Assembly (NCBI GenBank): GCA_035221665.1
Contig: CM069138.1
Span: 70,308,001-70,372,000, forward strand
Length of the DNA stretch: 64,000 nt
Origin: Okamejei kenojei
Lineage: Eukaryota
Reading direction: 5' to 3'
Shown: piece by piece, positions 21,835-35,615 of the stretch
How positions within the stretch are numbered: position 1 is the stretch's first letter
Layout of the letters: each line of letters begins with the position of its first letter
Translations under genes and position numbers: made by a program
Notes under the pieces: model-generated
What the model was told of the DNA's origin: nothing
The model's input: the letters and a program-made list of their open reading frames with translations, nothing else
Databases searched by the model: none

Positions 21835-24800
21835 CCTTCCCTCAGCCCTGGCTCTACAACACCTGCTGCCAATGCAGTTGATATGAGTTTTGAATTTTTC
21901 GTTGATCACAGAATTTCTCACGACAGAGCATGAGAAATTTGTGATGAGCGTGAGAATTTGGCGAAATACATGATTCTCATGCTGAATGCGTGAGAGTTGG
22001 CAACCCTGTGTTATGTAAAAGAATGTGGGTGATGGACCTTTCATGGTTGCATGTTGGCAATGTGCGGATGTTATGATATATAGCTGTGAACATTTTTAAG
22101 AGTGCCAGCGTGTACAAGGACAAATGAATGGTAAATCCAAGTCTGGATTGTTTCAGGTTGTTAGCAGATAAATGAAGGGAGGATGATGCGTTGAGCTAAG
22201 TCTAAGGTGAATGGCGGAGCTGGTGGGATATGGTATTTGAAGATTCATTCATTGACCTTGATTATTCATGTGAGGTCAATGACTTTCTATAGGTGATGCA
22301 TCAAGCGCATTAGACCATGTTCTTGCAGTAACAGCACACCTCTTCAATATCATGTGCAATGCAAATTTAGTAATGTGTAGCGCATAACTTCCATGCAGTA
22401 CTTTGAGTTTTTGACAGTGATAATCATAGTCACAATGACCTCCACCACCTGTTAACTTCTCAATACCATTCTCTCCAACAAATGCAAAAGCCAGCTATAA
22501 GTAGCACATGCTACCTTGAACTGGTACCGATTGCTCACCAAATTGGGCCCCAACAAAGTCATAAAGCCACCAGCAACGCAATTATGGCTGACTGCATGCT
22601 GAAACCATGGCAACAAACAGGCATAAACTTGGTACATGCCTGTAGTAAGTTTGCAAATCATGAATAAATCACACAGTGTAATCACCACACACATTTTGGG
22701 GTACATTTAACATAACCCCTCTCTAATAAAAGCAAGCATAAAAATTAAATTCCATTTAAAAGTAAGACATCGATATTTGCCTCAGAGTGTTTACACTCTA
22801 CTAAAAAAAAACAGATTTGTTTTAAAATTAATCCATTAGCTTCATTTTTATTTTCTTCAATATTTCAAAATGTTTTGTATTAATTTGTACATTTTTGCAG
22901 CATAAGTTAAATTTGAATATTACTATATCAAATAAAGCTCAGTGTCAACAGGGACATATATGTTATTAAATTTCATTCAGAAAAATATTTTAAGCTAATT
23001 GTATTCCCCTCTGAAATGAATGGAGAGTTTTTTGAGAGTGAAAATGCTTGGGCACAAGTTTACCGCCCATGTGATTCTGGGAGGTTAATGCAGTTATAGT
23101 TATTTCACAGTCCATTAAGGAGCTTACTGTGACCCCCTGACCTCTGAGGCAACAACACTGAATCCATTATCATCACAATGGAATTGGTTTGGGTTCAGGT
23201 GACATGACAATGGCTCAGGAAATCCCAAGTTAGCAGTTAGAAAATGATGCAGTTTCTGCTTGGTCTCAGCTATTAATACGAACCATAATTTGTAACATTA
23301 ACATTGATAAAGGTACAGAAAAGGACACTGGGAGCATGATATGTTCATATAAAATTGAAATGTGTGAAATGGGCAGAAAGTGCTGAGGTGGTTAAAGACT
23401 TTCATTAGATTATAGATGGTTAAATGCTATATTGTCAAGGAGCACATTGCTCAGTATAATACGTGACACATTGCACTGTCAGAGACAAAATTGGTCAGTG
23501 TGAAAGAGACAGAAAAAAGATAAGATGAATCAAGAGAATATGTACAGTATGTGCTTGTGAACAGAAAGGTAGAATAAAATATGTGCAACTTAGGCAAAAG
23601 TTCAAAGAGAATAAAATAACCTATACTTCTTTCAGAATATTCAGGAAATAGATTGCAGGATATTCACCTATTGCAAGAGCAAATATATAGATAATTATAG
23701 TTTTTATATTTTCAGTATTTAGTCAGATCTAACGCGAAGCTTTAATGCAATCATTTGAATTAAAAATTATTAAATTGAATTAAGCTACAGAGCATCGAAG
23801 CAGCATTGCAAATTCAATGGAATTAGGTGCTAAAGTACTGAAACTGCTCATATTCAAAATGTTTGATCTGCAACTTTCCAAGCTCTTTCTTTCTATATTA
23901 ATTCACGGCATGTCAATGCTCATTTTGGAAACAATGCTAGTTGAGTGAATTGCTCACACATATCTAAGATAGTAAGGCGTCTGTAAATCAAACTGCAGAA
24001 ATCATTCCAACACTGTCACAATCCACATACATTATTTATATTATTTTCCTTGGACTGTATAAAACAAGTTGTAATCAATATATAAAATCAAAGAAAAAAC
24101 GTTTAATGGTTTATACCAAGGAGTGAAAATTCTGTTTTGCATGTTCAGAATATATCTGAGTGAAATAAAATTATTACGATTCACATGTTTTAAAATACAC
24201 TAAATTAAATAAGAATGGTATTCATCCCACACATTATAATTTTGATTAACTAAAGTCACATCGCAATTTAGCGAAAGGGTTTGGAAACCCCCAAATAATT
24301 CCTTCAGGCAAGATGGGGAAGCTTTAACACATATCAGATAACTGTCTCCTCCCCATCCTAGCACCACAATGAAAAAAGAGAGAGAGATTTGGAAGACAGT
24401 ATTGCTATGGTGAAATTGATATTCCTCCTCGGTTGATTCCCAGGCAATATGTTACCTTTCTCTGGGATGATCAATGTGATTTATGTGATCTGTGAAGTAC
24501 AGGAGGGAGTCCCACTTTAATCACAAGCGTCTCAGCAGATTGGCAAACGGCAGGCTAACAAGTCCTAGTCCTCTGTCCGCATGTCCTCTTGTGATAAACA
24601 AAACACGAGCAGAGGTGTCTTAGGAGAACTCTAAATCTGAGGTCAAGAGTGGCAGAAACAGAACTATTAGTTACCAGCTTTGCATTTTAGCCAATAAACC
24701 CGCATAGTTGAAAGTATCCTGAAGTCATAATATTGTATGCCACCAACAAGATACCTTATTGAAATGTTCTTACACTAAACCTCTTTTTGTCCTGCATTTT

Positions 24801-27800
24801 CTTGTTCAATTCATTTTTGAAAGTACTCTCATTTTGTTTTGTTTTATGAGTTTTCACTTGTATAAACGCAGTTCTTAAATGTTCTTCAGAAAGTCACATG
24901 AACCATCATAAGACATTTAAATATATTTTAAAGATCTGGTCCCTATGCTAAATTAGCTAGAAAACAATTTAACAGCTTGTTTCTGTAAATACATTCCCAA
25001 ATGTAATTTTAAATGTACCATTACTTAAGTGTAGGCTTTAAATATTTAAATTCTTTCTGAGGTAACTACATTTTGTTAAATCAAATCTTTCCATGTATCA
25101 CTTTTAACATCATTTATTATTGATATTCTTCTGGAGGAGAAGCTTTTGATTTACAAACAGCACTGGATAAATATTTTAAATGCTGCAGAACTTGTCTTTG
25201 AACCTTGTTCATAATCTAGCAACTCCTTAAGTAGTTTCAGTGAAAGCTATTTTTCTCACTAATGACTTGCCCTTTTAAAATAGCTCTACTGCCCTAAGAC
25301 CCATTTATCTAATTAACTTTCATCTTTCACAAAATCTTTTTTTTTTGCTGTCTTTGCTCTTTGATTTCATACAGTGATCTGTAGTTTTTGTGCTCCACTG
25401 ATAAGGTCGGAACAGCAGAAGCTAAGCAAGCTCTGTTTACCGAATGACTATTTGTCCTTCAGACATAGTTCATATTGACTGCTTCAGAATCTCTTTGTAT
25501 TAGTCATTATTTTAAAATTGTTTCACAAACTGTATGGGAATTGAGAAGCAGACAGCTTTTCAATTTCTCTTGCATTTCCATTGATTATCAATAAGCTCCT
25601 GTAGAATTAGTAATATTGCTCTATTCTTTTCTTCTATATCTAGTTGACACACAGTATTTTTAATTTAAATATTGTTGTAGGTTTTGTCTTCTTGACATTA
25701 ACATAACAAACAGGCCAATCAATTCTTCCATTTTTTCCCGTGAATGGTGACTTTGGAAGATACCATGAAATCTGTCTGACAGAACAAATCGAGTATTCCC
25801 AGATACAAATATAACAGTGGCTCTCAAGGACTAAAGAAGTCTTCTCACCATGAATATTGCCATGAAGTGTGACATAATTAATTAACCTTTAGAACGCTTG
25901 CACTTCAGAAGAATATTTAGTTAATCGTACGACACGTCAAAATAAATATAATAATGACAACTTTTTTCAATCTTATGAATCGCATTTAAGCACTTACAAA
26001 ATTAATAAGATGAATTTATGCAGCTGTTCAATGCTTCAAGCTTGACTAAGAGAATTCTTAACTGACTGAGAACAATAATGTTCTTTATTTGTTAATGAGA
26101 ATCTGTACTTTCAAGTTTCCAATTTGCTCTTTTACTTCCCTGAACATAGAAATCAATTTTCTGAATGTCTGTGTTCATTTTTGGTTTGTTAATGAAAAGC
26201 CTATCCTAAATAAGTATGCTAAACATTCCTTTATGAAAAATAGGTTAGATTTTCATATGATATTCAGTCTAAAATTTCTAACACGCTCTCTGGTTTTTAA
26301 ACAATGAAGATTTACAACTTAGCAAACAGATGGCTCAAGGCAATAACAACAAAATAAAAGGCAAGAAGCAAAACCACACAAGTAGAGTGATAATGGATTG
26401 TCTTGTAGATTTTTATCTTCCTCCGAGTGTAAAGAACACTATTTGCAGACTAGTTTGTGCTCTGAACAGCAATTCATTTTGTTTGGGGAAGCTGACAGTA
26501 TCCGCATGAACCTGAAATCACGAGATTGATTAGTACCTCCAACTTAGATGTTTCTTTACAGAATAGTGACGTTTCTTGCCTAATGATGTTACATTTGTCC
26601 CCAGAATGATGTAGAGTGTGCTGTAGAAGATGCTTTACTCAGATCACTCTTTATTTGGCAAGCTCTCCTAGTTCAGAAGCATCCTCCTCAGTGCCATTAA
26701 TATTATATATACAGTAGATACATACCCTTGTCACAAATTTACATTTGGTGATCCAAAATCAGAATGTGGAGGGTGGTGCTGATTTATGGAGTGAAATGCC
26801 GGAGAATATAAACGGGACCGGTTGGGTTCTCTTTAATGTTCTGATGCCAGATAATTATTAGCCATTAAAAAAATGCTTTGTGATAAAACGCATCAAAGGC
26901 TGAGGAAGTATAGAAATTATTTGATTCAAGTGGCAATTAACCCTTTAAATAAAAGAAAACCAGGGAATTTAAATGAATCTATGTTAACATTCTTTGTTGA
27001 ATTTCTATTTACTCTTTATGGACAAAAATCAGATTTGTATGTTTGAACACCAGCCAGGTGTGGTGCATGTGATTTTGAAAATTTAAAATCAATGTACATT
27101 CCTCTCCTAAATTTGAGAAAAACCTAAAGATATTCAGAATGTGTCTCTGGATGTATTTATCTTTTGGCTGCTAATCTGGACAATTTACAAAATGCCTTTT
27201 GAAACCTAGCAAATTGTAGCATTCAATGGGATTAAATGTCTCCAAGATGTGTGATTTTCTAGACTACAGAATGCAGGTAGAATAAACGCATGAACCCTAA
27301 ATGTTGTTACAGGCAATCCTATTTTTGAAAAATTCCTAAGTATCTTCAATTTCTTTCGTCAAACGCTACTGGAATGGGTGGGGGGGGGGGGGGGGGGGGG
27401 TATAGCTGATGTATGTGGTGAAATATTCCTGAATAAAAGAGGACCATTTAGATTCTTTCTCCTGCCCTCTGCCAGTGTAATTGCCACTCATAAAACTGCA
27501 TTTAATAGCATGGTACATGTCAATTAATGAGCATCCTGCTAATAGGATTTTTCATGGAAAGGGAACATTCCTCAGTCTCTGTTTAATTCTCTGTATATAC
27601 TTATCACATATTTAGCAGTAACAACTGAATAAAGAAAACCCATACTTCTAAGTGGGGGCAGTGTTGTCTTTAAAAGCCTTCTACAAAAATAATATAAATT
27701 GTGCTGAAAATTAAACTGAGAATATGATTGCTATTTTATTCAGATGGTTTTATTATTGTTTGTCTAATCAAATCTATAAATATAAATATTTTAACTGACA

Positions 27801-28043
27801 GATTATCTTTCAAGGCAAGAGGCATATTTTGATAAATTATTTATTTATTTGTTGTATTTTAATTAGCAAACTTGCATTCTTTTTCAATATTCTCATTAAT
27901 GTAATTAATAACTTTATTTTTACTTGATCGTAAATAGAAAAAAAAGTACAGATGACAAGGACATAATGAACTTAACACAACCAACAAAATGTCCAGCATT
28001 GATCACTATTTAACTGTTGAAAGAAACATAGCAATAGGAATAA

Positions 28044-28410
28044 TTTATTGTCACATGTCACAAGGCACAGTGAAATTATTTGCTTGTATACCCAATGTAT
28101 ACAAATAGCGGCCACTTACGGCGCTGACAAGTTACAAAGCATGCCTGCTCCAGCTTTTGTTTCCCCCTCTCCCCCCTCCCCACAGCGGTTCCCCCCATAC
28201 CAGGTCCCCATTTTCCATTGTCCTTCTCTTCCCCTCCTCCCCTCCCATATCAAGATGGTACCCCCATGCCGGGCCCTCCATTGTTCTCCCCCCCTCTCTC
28301 ATGGGGGTCCTCCATGCTCTCATCATCCATCGACCATGGGTCGACCCACGAGGTATTGTCGCCGCAGCGAGGCATCATCATCGCCGAGGCCCCATCGCCA
28401 CATTGTCACT
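28044..28410 (-). mobile_element. GC-rich non-autonomous retroelement fragment with Rex1-like tail
   Basis: tttattgtcacatgtcacaaggcacagtgaaat is the rc of the tail type at 53293-53330. Confidence 0.5.
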
Positions 28411-28699
28411 ATCCTCTGTTTTCACCACAGGTTTTGTTTCCCATTCACCCATGCCTTTCCACTCTCTACCACCTGACAAAGAATAACCAAATTTTTTGTA
28501 GATGTAGATGTAATATCTGATCCTGAGACAAACTTCGAAGAACTTGCCTGCACGTTTATTAAGACTCTTCTCCCCTGCAGCTGAAGACCTCATCCACCAA
28601 TCTATTGTCTAGTCTTCAATATACCAATATACTGCTGTCCAATCTCTCACATTTCACCCTCTGTAAATCTGAAATCATCCAAAGATGAATTGGATTAGA

Positions 28700-28948
28700 A
28701 AAACATTTTTCACACAGAGAGTGGTGAATCTCTGGAATTCTCTGCCACAGAAGGTAGTTAAGGCCAGTTCATTGGCTATATTTAAGAGGGAGTTAGATGT
28801 GGCCCTTGTGGCTAAAGGGATCAGGGGGTATGGAGAGAAGGCAGGTATGGGATACTGAGCTGGATGATCAGCCATGATCATATTGAATGGCGGTGCAGGC
28901 TCGAAGGGCCGAATGGCCTACTCCTGCACCTATTTTTCTATGTTTCTA
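28700..28948 (+). mobile_element. CR1/HER1 3' end
   Basis: Nearly identical to 20398-20640. Confidence 0.9.
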
Positions 28949-29021
28949 AAGCAGTCCTGAAAAAGTCATAATCCACCATCAAGCCCCCTTCATCCATTAT
29001 CCCTGAACTCAGAAACCTATA

Positions 29022-29232
29022 TGTTTAGGAAGGAACTGCAGATGCTGGTTTATACCGAGGATAGACACAAAGTGTTGGAGCAACTCAGTGGGTCAGGCAG
29101 CATCTCTGGAGAAAAGAAACTGGTGACATTTCAGGTTTGAGGAAGGGTTCCAACCCAAAACATCACCTGTTCCTTTTCTCCAGAGATGCCGCCTGACCCA
29201 CTGAGTTACTCCAGCACTTTATGTCTATCTTC
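29022..29232. mobile_element. Inverted pair of Penelope-derived repeats
   Basis: Long palindromic arms: agacacaaagtgttggagcaactcagtgggtcaggcagcatctctggagaa versus its complement. Confidence 0.8.
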
Positions 29233-29287
29233 TGATACCTGTATTCTCATCTTGTTAGACAAAGCATCAACTTGATTTTTTCATAGA

Positions 29288-29462
29288 CACATAGAAAACA
29301 TAGAAAATAGGTACAGGAGTAGGCCATTCGGCCCTTCAAGTCAGCACTGCCATTCAATATGATCATGGCTGATCATCCAAAATCAGTACCCCAATCTGGA
29401 TTTTTCCACATATCCCTTTTTTCCCTGAGCCCTAAGAGCTAAATTTAACTCTTGAAAACATC
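29288..29462 (-). mobile_element. CR1 3' tail
   Basis: catagaaaataggtacaggagtaggccattcggccc. Confidence 0.85.
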
Positions 29463-29892
29463 TTGAGATCTTGTTTTCAGATCCAGGTGTGGCCTCCAGA
29501 AATCTTCAACCTCTCTAACATTGGCTTTCTAAATATCCCTTGCTTTAACCAACCCATTACTGATTACATTTTGCAGCAAACCTGTTTGTATCTGATCACT
29601 TTAATTTTCAAGAAGTATTTTAGTTGTGGCCTAGAAAAATATACAGATTCAAAATATCAACCGCCATTTTTACATGTTTCATTTGTTTGGTTTCCTGATT
29701 ACCGACAGCTTTTTTTCAAAATAGCCACCAAGTTTCTGACCATAATTCTTCCCCATAGAAAAGCCTGATGAAAATGCTTTGCAACCAAGTACAAAGATAA
29801 TACACAATCCACATTGAAGATGTCAACACAGTCAATGCTTCTCTTCCACTAACCTTCACAAAGAGATGAAATCTATGCTATTATATTCCTTT

Positions 29893-30192
29893 TAGTTTAG
29901 TTTGGAGATTCAGTGCGGAAATAGGCCCATGAAGTCTGCACTGACCAACGATTCCCGCACATTAACACGATCCTGGGAACAATTTACACTTATACCAAGC
30001 CAATTTACCTACAAACCTATACACCGCTGGAGTGTGGGAGGAAACCGAAGATCTCGGAGAAAACCCACGCGGTCACGGGAAGAACAAGCAAACTCCGTAC
30101 AGACAGCACCCGCAGTTGGGATCGAACCCAGGTCTCCGGTGCTGCAAGCACTGTAAGGCAGCAACTCTACCACTGCGCCACCGTACCGCCCT
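29893..30192 (-). mobile_element. V-SINE/HE1-like SINE
   Basis: rc match to the full copy. Confidence 0.88.
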
Positions 30193-30706
30193 AAATTCCA
30201 CTTTGTGAATCAACTGCCAATCAATTTGATCACTATTCTTCTTCCGCACTTCCAGTTGAGCTAGAGCTTTACTGTTTTCCAACATTATTCATTGTTTCCT
30301 AAACATGTAATTCTCATGCTTGACATTATGCCACCCTTGACAGTGCAGGATCGGCAGGTTTTCCAGAATTTTTGGTTATTATTCTTAATAATTCCCAAAC
30401 AGGTTTATTTCACTGTTTCAAATATGTTACATCATAGTAACATACAGTAGATTCTCCAGTCAACCCCAGTGAGTTTGAAGGGAGCAGACAGGACACTGAT
30501 TCTGAGTTCGCAAATCTACCCACGTTACTGAGCTCTGGCGTTTTGCAATGCAATTCCGGCCCAGCTGCACTGCTAGCCCACCAGCAGTGGCCATGCACAC
30601 CCTTACACTCTGGACCCAAGCTCACACTTGGACAATTCAGCCTGACAAACACCAAATTACAATTATTTCTGATCACTCAGAGTTCAAACGCATGTGCATC
30701 TTAAAA

Positions 30707-31017
30707 CTAGACTTTTAGACTTTAGAGATACAGCACAGAAACGGGCCCTTCAGCCCACCAAGTCCGCGCCGACCAGTGATTACCGTTCACTGGCACTATC
30801 CTACACACTAGGGACAATTTACAATTTACCAAAGCCAATTAACCCGCAAACCTGCACGTCTTTGGAGTATAGGGGAAACTGGAGCACCCAAAAATAACCC
30901 ATGCAGTCACAGGGAGAATGTACAAACTCCATACAGGCAGCACCTGTAGTCAGGATCGAACCCGGGTCTCTGGTGCTGTAAAGCAGCAACTCTATTGCGA
31001 CACCACTGTGCTGTCCT
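30707..31017 (-). mobile_element. V-SINE/HE1-like SINE
   Basis: rc match; (tagact)n tail variant. Confidence 0.88.
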
Positions 31018-34000
31018 AAACTAACTCCATCTGATTCCAGAATGCTAAAACTATGCTCAAATCAAATGACAGAGCAAATTAGCGGACATCTCTGCTAAAA
31101 CAACACTCTTAAAACAATGCACATCCTAATTGTTATTATTTCACTAACACCATAGTTGAGGTTCAGTTACTTGTGTCTTGAAACATAAAGGGACTACTGA
31201 GAATGTCACAACCATGAACTCGAGGAGCAGTGGTAGTGCAAGACTTCACGTTGGTGTCAGTATTTGACCACACTGTGATTTGCATGGAATAGTCTGCTCA
31301 GTGGGAAGATCAATCTGTGAGCACTGGATAGTTCCTGCAATAGGTAAGTGATCCAGTCCACTCTGCCTGATTACTATCAAAAAAGTATTTATGCAGTGAA
31401 AAACAAGAGTAAGGAAGAAATGGATGGAATATTGGATGGAATACTTGAAATTTAGAATGACCAAGAGGAGGCTTCAGGGGATTAATGGAAATAAGAGATA
31501 GGCAAAGTGTTTTTCTGCTTTATCACCAGTAGAATCTTTCTGCGAACAATTTGTTGACATTCAGTTACTGTATAAAATTAGCAGTTTTGGTTCTGTGCTT
31601 ATTTTTAACATCTAAATTGCAGCATAAATGTCAAAAGTGAGTTCAACAATTTTTCAAACAAATCCAGTAGGAACAGCCAATGGCAGCTGGTCACAAATCA
31701 CTGGCTATTTTGAAACGACAGCTCACTTTATAACAACTTTCAAACTTAAAACCTGGCCCAGAAATATTCCATTTATATGTGGGAGATTTTTGAAGTCCTG
31801 CAGATACAGCACTATTATTCTGTGAGAGTATCAGCTGACCAAACACAGGACAGATTTGTTTATTTCCTTGTTGCTCCCTTAATACTTAGTGGGTTAGACA
31901 GTTATGTATTTGATATTGATAGATGTCAACATTGATATAAACTGTAAATTGATATATTTGACACTTATTCTTTTCCATGTGACTCTCCAGATTCAAATGG
32001 AAGGAGGCTAATGCCACAGCTCATGGAATGATTACAATTAAAGGGTCCTTAGAGCTGTCAAGTGGGATCAATGATCTAAGCCTGGAAGCCAAAGGGTCCC
32101 AGACTTAGAGCTCGGCTATACCCAAACTTATAAGTAATCACCATTTCTGTTTAAATGTAATGATTTTTTTTTTGAAAGTCAGATTTCTTAAGCACCACTA
32201 AACAAGACAAGTAATTGGAAATGAGACAATTTTATTGCCCATTCAGCTGAACCTTAAGTCTTAGGATCCTCTGATTAAATAGCATCTCACTTAAAAGCAG
32301 TGAAATTCTCCAAAGAGTCCTCAGTCTGTGATGTGACTGATAGATCTCATTGATTTATTGCTCATGTTCTTGACGTTTTAACACTGCCGTTGTCCCCGTT
32401 TTTTTTAGTTTTAGACCAACTGGACAACAAAGAGTTAAACGTAAAACAAGCGGATCTAGCCACAAAAAAATATCACAACAAAAATGTACACTTGAAGACC
32501 ACCTCCAAGGAGACCACCTGTCCATGGTGGCCAATTCCCATCAATCTCAACAGCAAACTAATGCCTCACGTTTGAAGCTGCATTAGGAGGCTGTGTACTA
32601 TAGACTATCTGAAGCAGGTCCCAAAGGCGGTTGTTAGACACAGATTTTAGAGCACTGCTCCGATCGCGAGGCGTGTTGTCTGTTGATGAATGGGTTGTCT
32701 GCGACTTCCAGATTATATGTGCAGAATGTCTGGTGCTGAGTGACTGAGTGATCCTGTACACAATGCAAGCAGTATCGAAGTGCAAAAAATTACAAAACGG
32801 GATGATTCTTCACTAATGAGCCATTCGTTTTTGAGTCCACCTTAAGTCTGCCACTCATCGCAAGTTTACAAGTGGTTCCTTTACGAGTAAAGTAAATCAC
32901 TTTCAACATTCAGTGCCTTAAGTCCCCTAAATCTGTTTATGTCACAAAATGTTCACATAAATCAATTTTAAATCTGGAATAATGTGCCACTGATAAATGT
33001 ACGGTTTTTGGCACTGTGATTCTCTGGTGGAGATGGCAACTTCGAAACTTCTTCAGGAGTCCTGATCTGTCATCAATTTTTAATAATTTCTATGGATTCT
33101 TATTACATCCAACCAACAACAAAAAAAAGATTTGTCATTTTTTAGATAAATATCAGATTTTTTTTTCCAGGAATTAAATTCTGTTGATAGCAATTGATTA
33201 CATCATGTCAGGAGAATGGAGATGGCTAACAATTGAAATGATTCTTAAAAGGCACCGTTGTGAAAATAGACCAAACGCAAGTTGATTACAGAGTGAATGA
33301 AGGTGGTCTCGTCACTGATGCAGACTATATACCTTTCTATTCTTCTGTCACTACTGGATGACTGATTGACTGATGGTATCAGTCTCGCTGACAGGCTCAG
33401 ATACAAGGTTTTTATAAATTAAAATGAAACAAAATTTGGCTCCCGGAAAAAATATATAACTTCATTCTGTGACAGCTAATCCAAAAACATTACCAGATGG
33501 AAGCCACAGGTCAAAATAGGTTTTTGAGTCTCACCTTGGGGAGAGAGAAAATGGTTTAGCAATAACACATAGTAAAGCCCTTCTGACAAACAGAGCTTAA
33601 AGGAGAGTAAACACAGGGAAGGTAGGAATGACTAGAGCTCATTTACCTGAACAGCACAATGAAGAATGGTATTATGAAATAAGACGTGCCCATGACGAGT
33701 AGCAAAAGTGGAGATAAAAGAAGAGGAATGTGAATGTCAAATTGACACAGCATGTGTAGATCATATATTCAGCTGTATTGATCGAGGCACGCCAAATGAT
33801 CTAAACATAATAAATCATCTAGCAACAGTTACATGTGTAGACTGTTCAGAGAAACGCCACATGAGTTACGTGTCAACCCTGATATCAACGGTGGTATTTT
33901 TTCATAATTAATATCACCACATTGTAGCCTTGAAGGACCTCAGAATTACTCAGAAAGAGACCAGTAAAACGTCCTTAAAAACCGTGTGACGTTGATTGTG

Positions 34001-34109
34001 TTTGGAGTTCCCTCATACTATTTCTTGATTACCTTCTAAAGTCTGCCAATTTCACCCTCCTTTTACAAGACCAGGTGGATGGAGATCACTGTGGACCTGG
34101 AGCAGTTCA

Positions 34110-34650
34110 CGGAGTTATGCAGCACAGAAACAGGCCCTTCGGTCCAACTCATCCATGCCAAGCAAAAAGAATATGCGCTGGTTCCATTTGTCTGCATTTA
34201 GTCCACATCCCTCAAAACCTTACCTATTCAAGTACCTGCCTAAATATCTCTTAAACTTTGTATTGGACCCAACTCTAAGGCTCTCTCTGGCAGCTTGTTC
34301 CATATGCCTATTAACCGCTGTTTGAAAATGAACCTCATGTCCCTTTTAAATCTTTATCTTCTCACCTTAAGCCTGTGTTTTCTGGTTTAAGACTCATACC
34401 CTGGAAAGAAGGTAGTGACAATCCACCTTATCAACATTCTTCATGATTTTACGTAAGATTACTCCTCAACTACGCATACTCCAGTCTGCCCAGATTGCCC
34501 AGCCTGCCCAGCCTGCCCAGCCTCTCCTTATAACTTAGGCCCTTCAATTCCAGGTAAATCCTCATGAATCTTCTCTGCACCCTTCCCAGCTGATGTCCTG
34601 AACTGCACAGAATACTCCAGATATAGTCTCACCAATGACTTGAACAATTG
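34110..34650 (-). mobile_element. Older CR1 3' fragment
   Basis: LFKSLVRLYLEYSVQF on the minus strand; tail gaaacaggcccttcgg. Confidence 0.75.
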
Positions 34651-34651
34651 T

Positions 34652-34790
34652 AACAAGGAGACCCAAGGAACTGCAGATAGTGGAATATTCTGTAGAACAC
34701 ATAAACGCAAGAGTAACACAGCGGGTCAGACAGCATCAATGGAGGACATGGATAGGTGATGCTTCAAGTCGGGACCCTTCTTCATACTGT
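34652..34790 (-). repeat. Penelope-derived short repeat
   Basis: ggaactgcagat...cagcgggtcagacagcatc...gacccttcttca. Confidence 0.7.
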
Positions 34791-35316
34791 AATTTGTAGG
34801 AGCAGCTACAGAAAAAAAAATATGTATGACAAGCTAGCTCAGCTACTGAAATTGTTGTAAATGCAACCTGGATTACTTCCTTGAAATACATTTAGTAGTG
34901 CATGTGTTCAAGAAAGGAAGCCCTGCTGCCATACCTCTCTGTTTTCAAATGGGAGGTCTACAGGTTCCTCTACTGGAACATGGCAGGTGGTTGCAGTAAA
35001 ATGCATTTGGTCACCTGTCCCCAATGATTTTGCCCTCCAAGTGAGGCCTAAGGTCATAGTGGGTGGAATTGCTGGATTCGGGGAACTTTCATGTCAATAT
35101 GTTTTGGTATGGACTCAGTCAGCTTGTTCTGTGTACAATAGTATTTCAAGAACAGTTCAGATCTGACGGCGTACTATTTATCTGATTGAATCCACCAGTT
35201 TTTGTATTCCCGAGTCCTTGCGCGTCAAACCACAGATTACTTCAATGTCGTTATATTCATTCATTCCCTGTTAACTGAAGTTCTTACATTTGTGAATTAT
35301 AAATTGAGAACCCAGC

Positions 35317-35318
<2 letters not shown>

Positions 35319-35358
<40 letters not shown>
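35319..35358. repeat. Poly-G tract (~40 nt)
   Basis: Directly visible; length may be a sequencing or assembly artefact. Confidence 0.9.
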
Positions 35359-35359
<1 letters not shown>

Positions 35360-35447
35360 GGGGAGAGAGGAACAGGAGAGAGGCAAAGAAACAGAAAATA
35401 GTTAATAACAAAATGTTGTTGTTTGGTTAATGAAAGAACAGAGTTAA

Positions 35448-35615
35448 TAGAGTTAGATATAGCACTTAGGGCTAACGGAATCAAGGAATATGGGGAAAAA
35501 GCAGGAACAGGGTACTGATTTTGCATGATCAGCCATGATCATATTGAATGGCGATGCTGGCTCGAAGGGCCGAGTGGCCTACTCCTGCACTTATTTTCTA
35601 TGTTTCTATGTTTCT
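35448..35615 (+). mobile_element. CR1 3' tail
   Basis: gatcagccatgatcatattgaatggcg...ctatgtttctatgtttcta. Confidence 0.85.

Larger units (their letters stand above)
17510..22008. mobile_element. Composite non-autonomous hAT-like DNA element with cargo
   Basis: Ends CAGGGCTGGCAAC and GTTGGCAACCCTG; 7-bp direct repeat TGTTATG at 17503-17509 and 22009-22015; gtgaga motifs near both ends. Confidence 0.65.

Noticed and set aside
19424-21865. Possible nested hAT (caaggggccatagaac ... gctctacaacacctg)
   Set aside because: TIR match is poor and there is no TSD
35319-35358. Poly-G as a G-quadruplex element (also 27380-27400 and 48051-48067)
   Set aside because: Homopolymer lengths are unreliable and there is no supporting context
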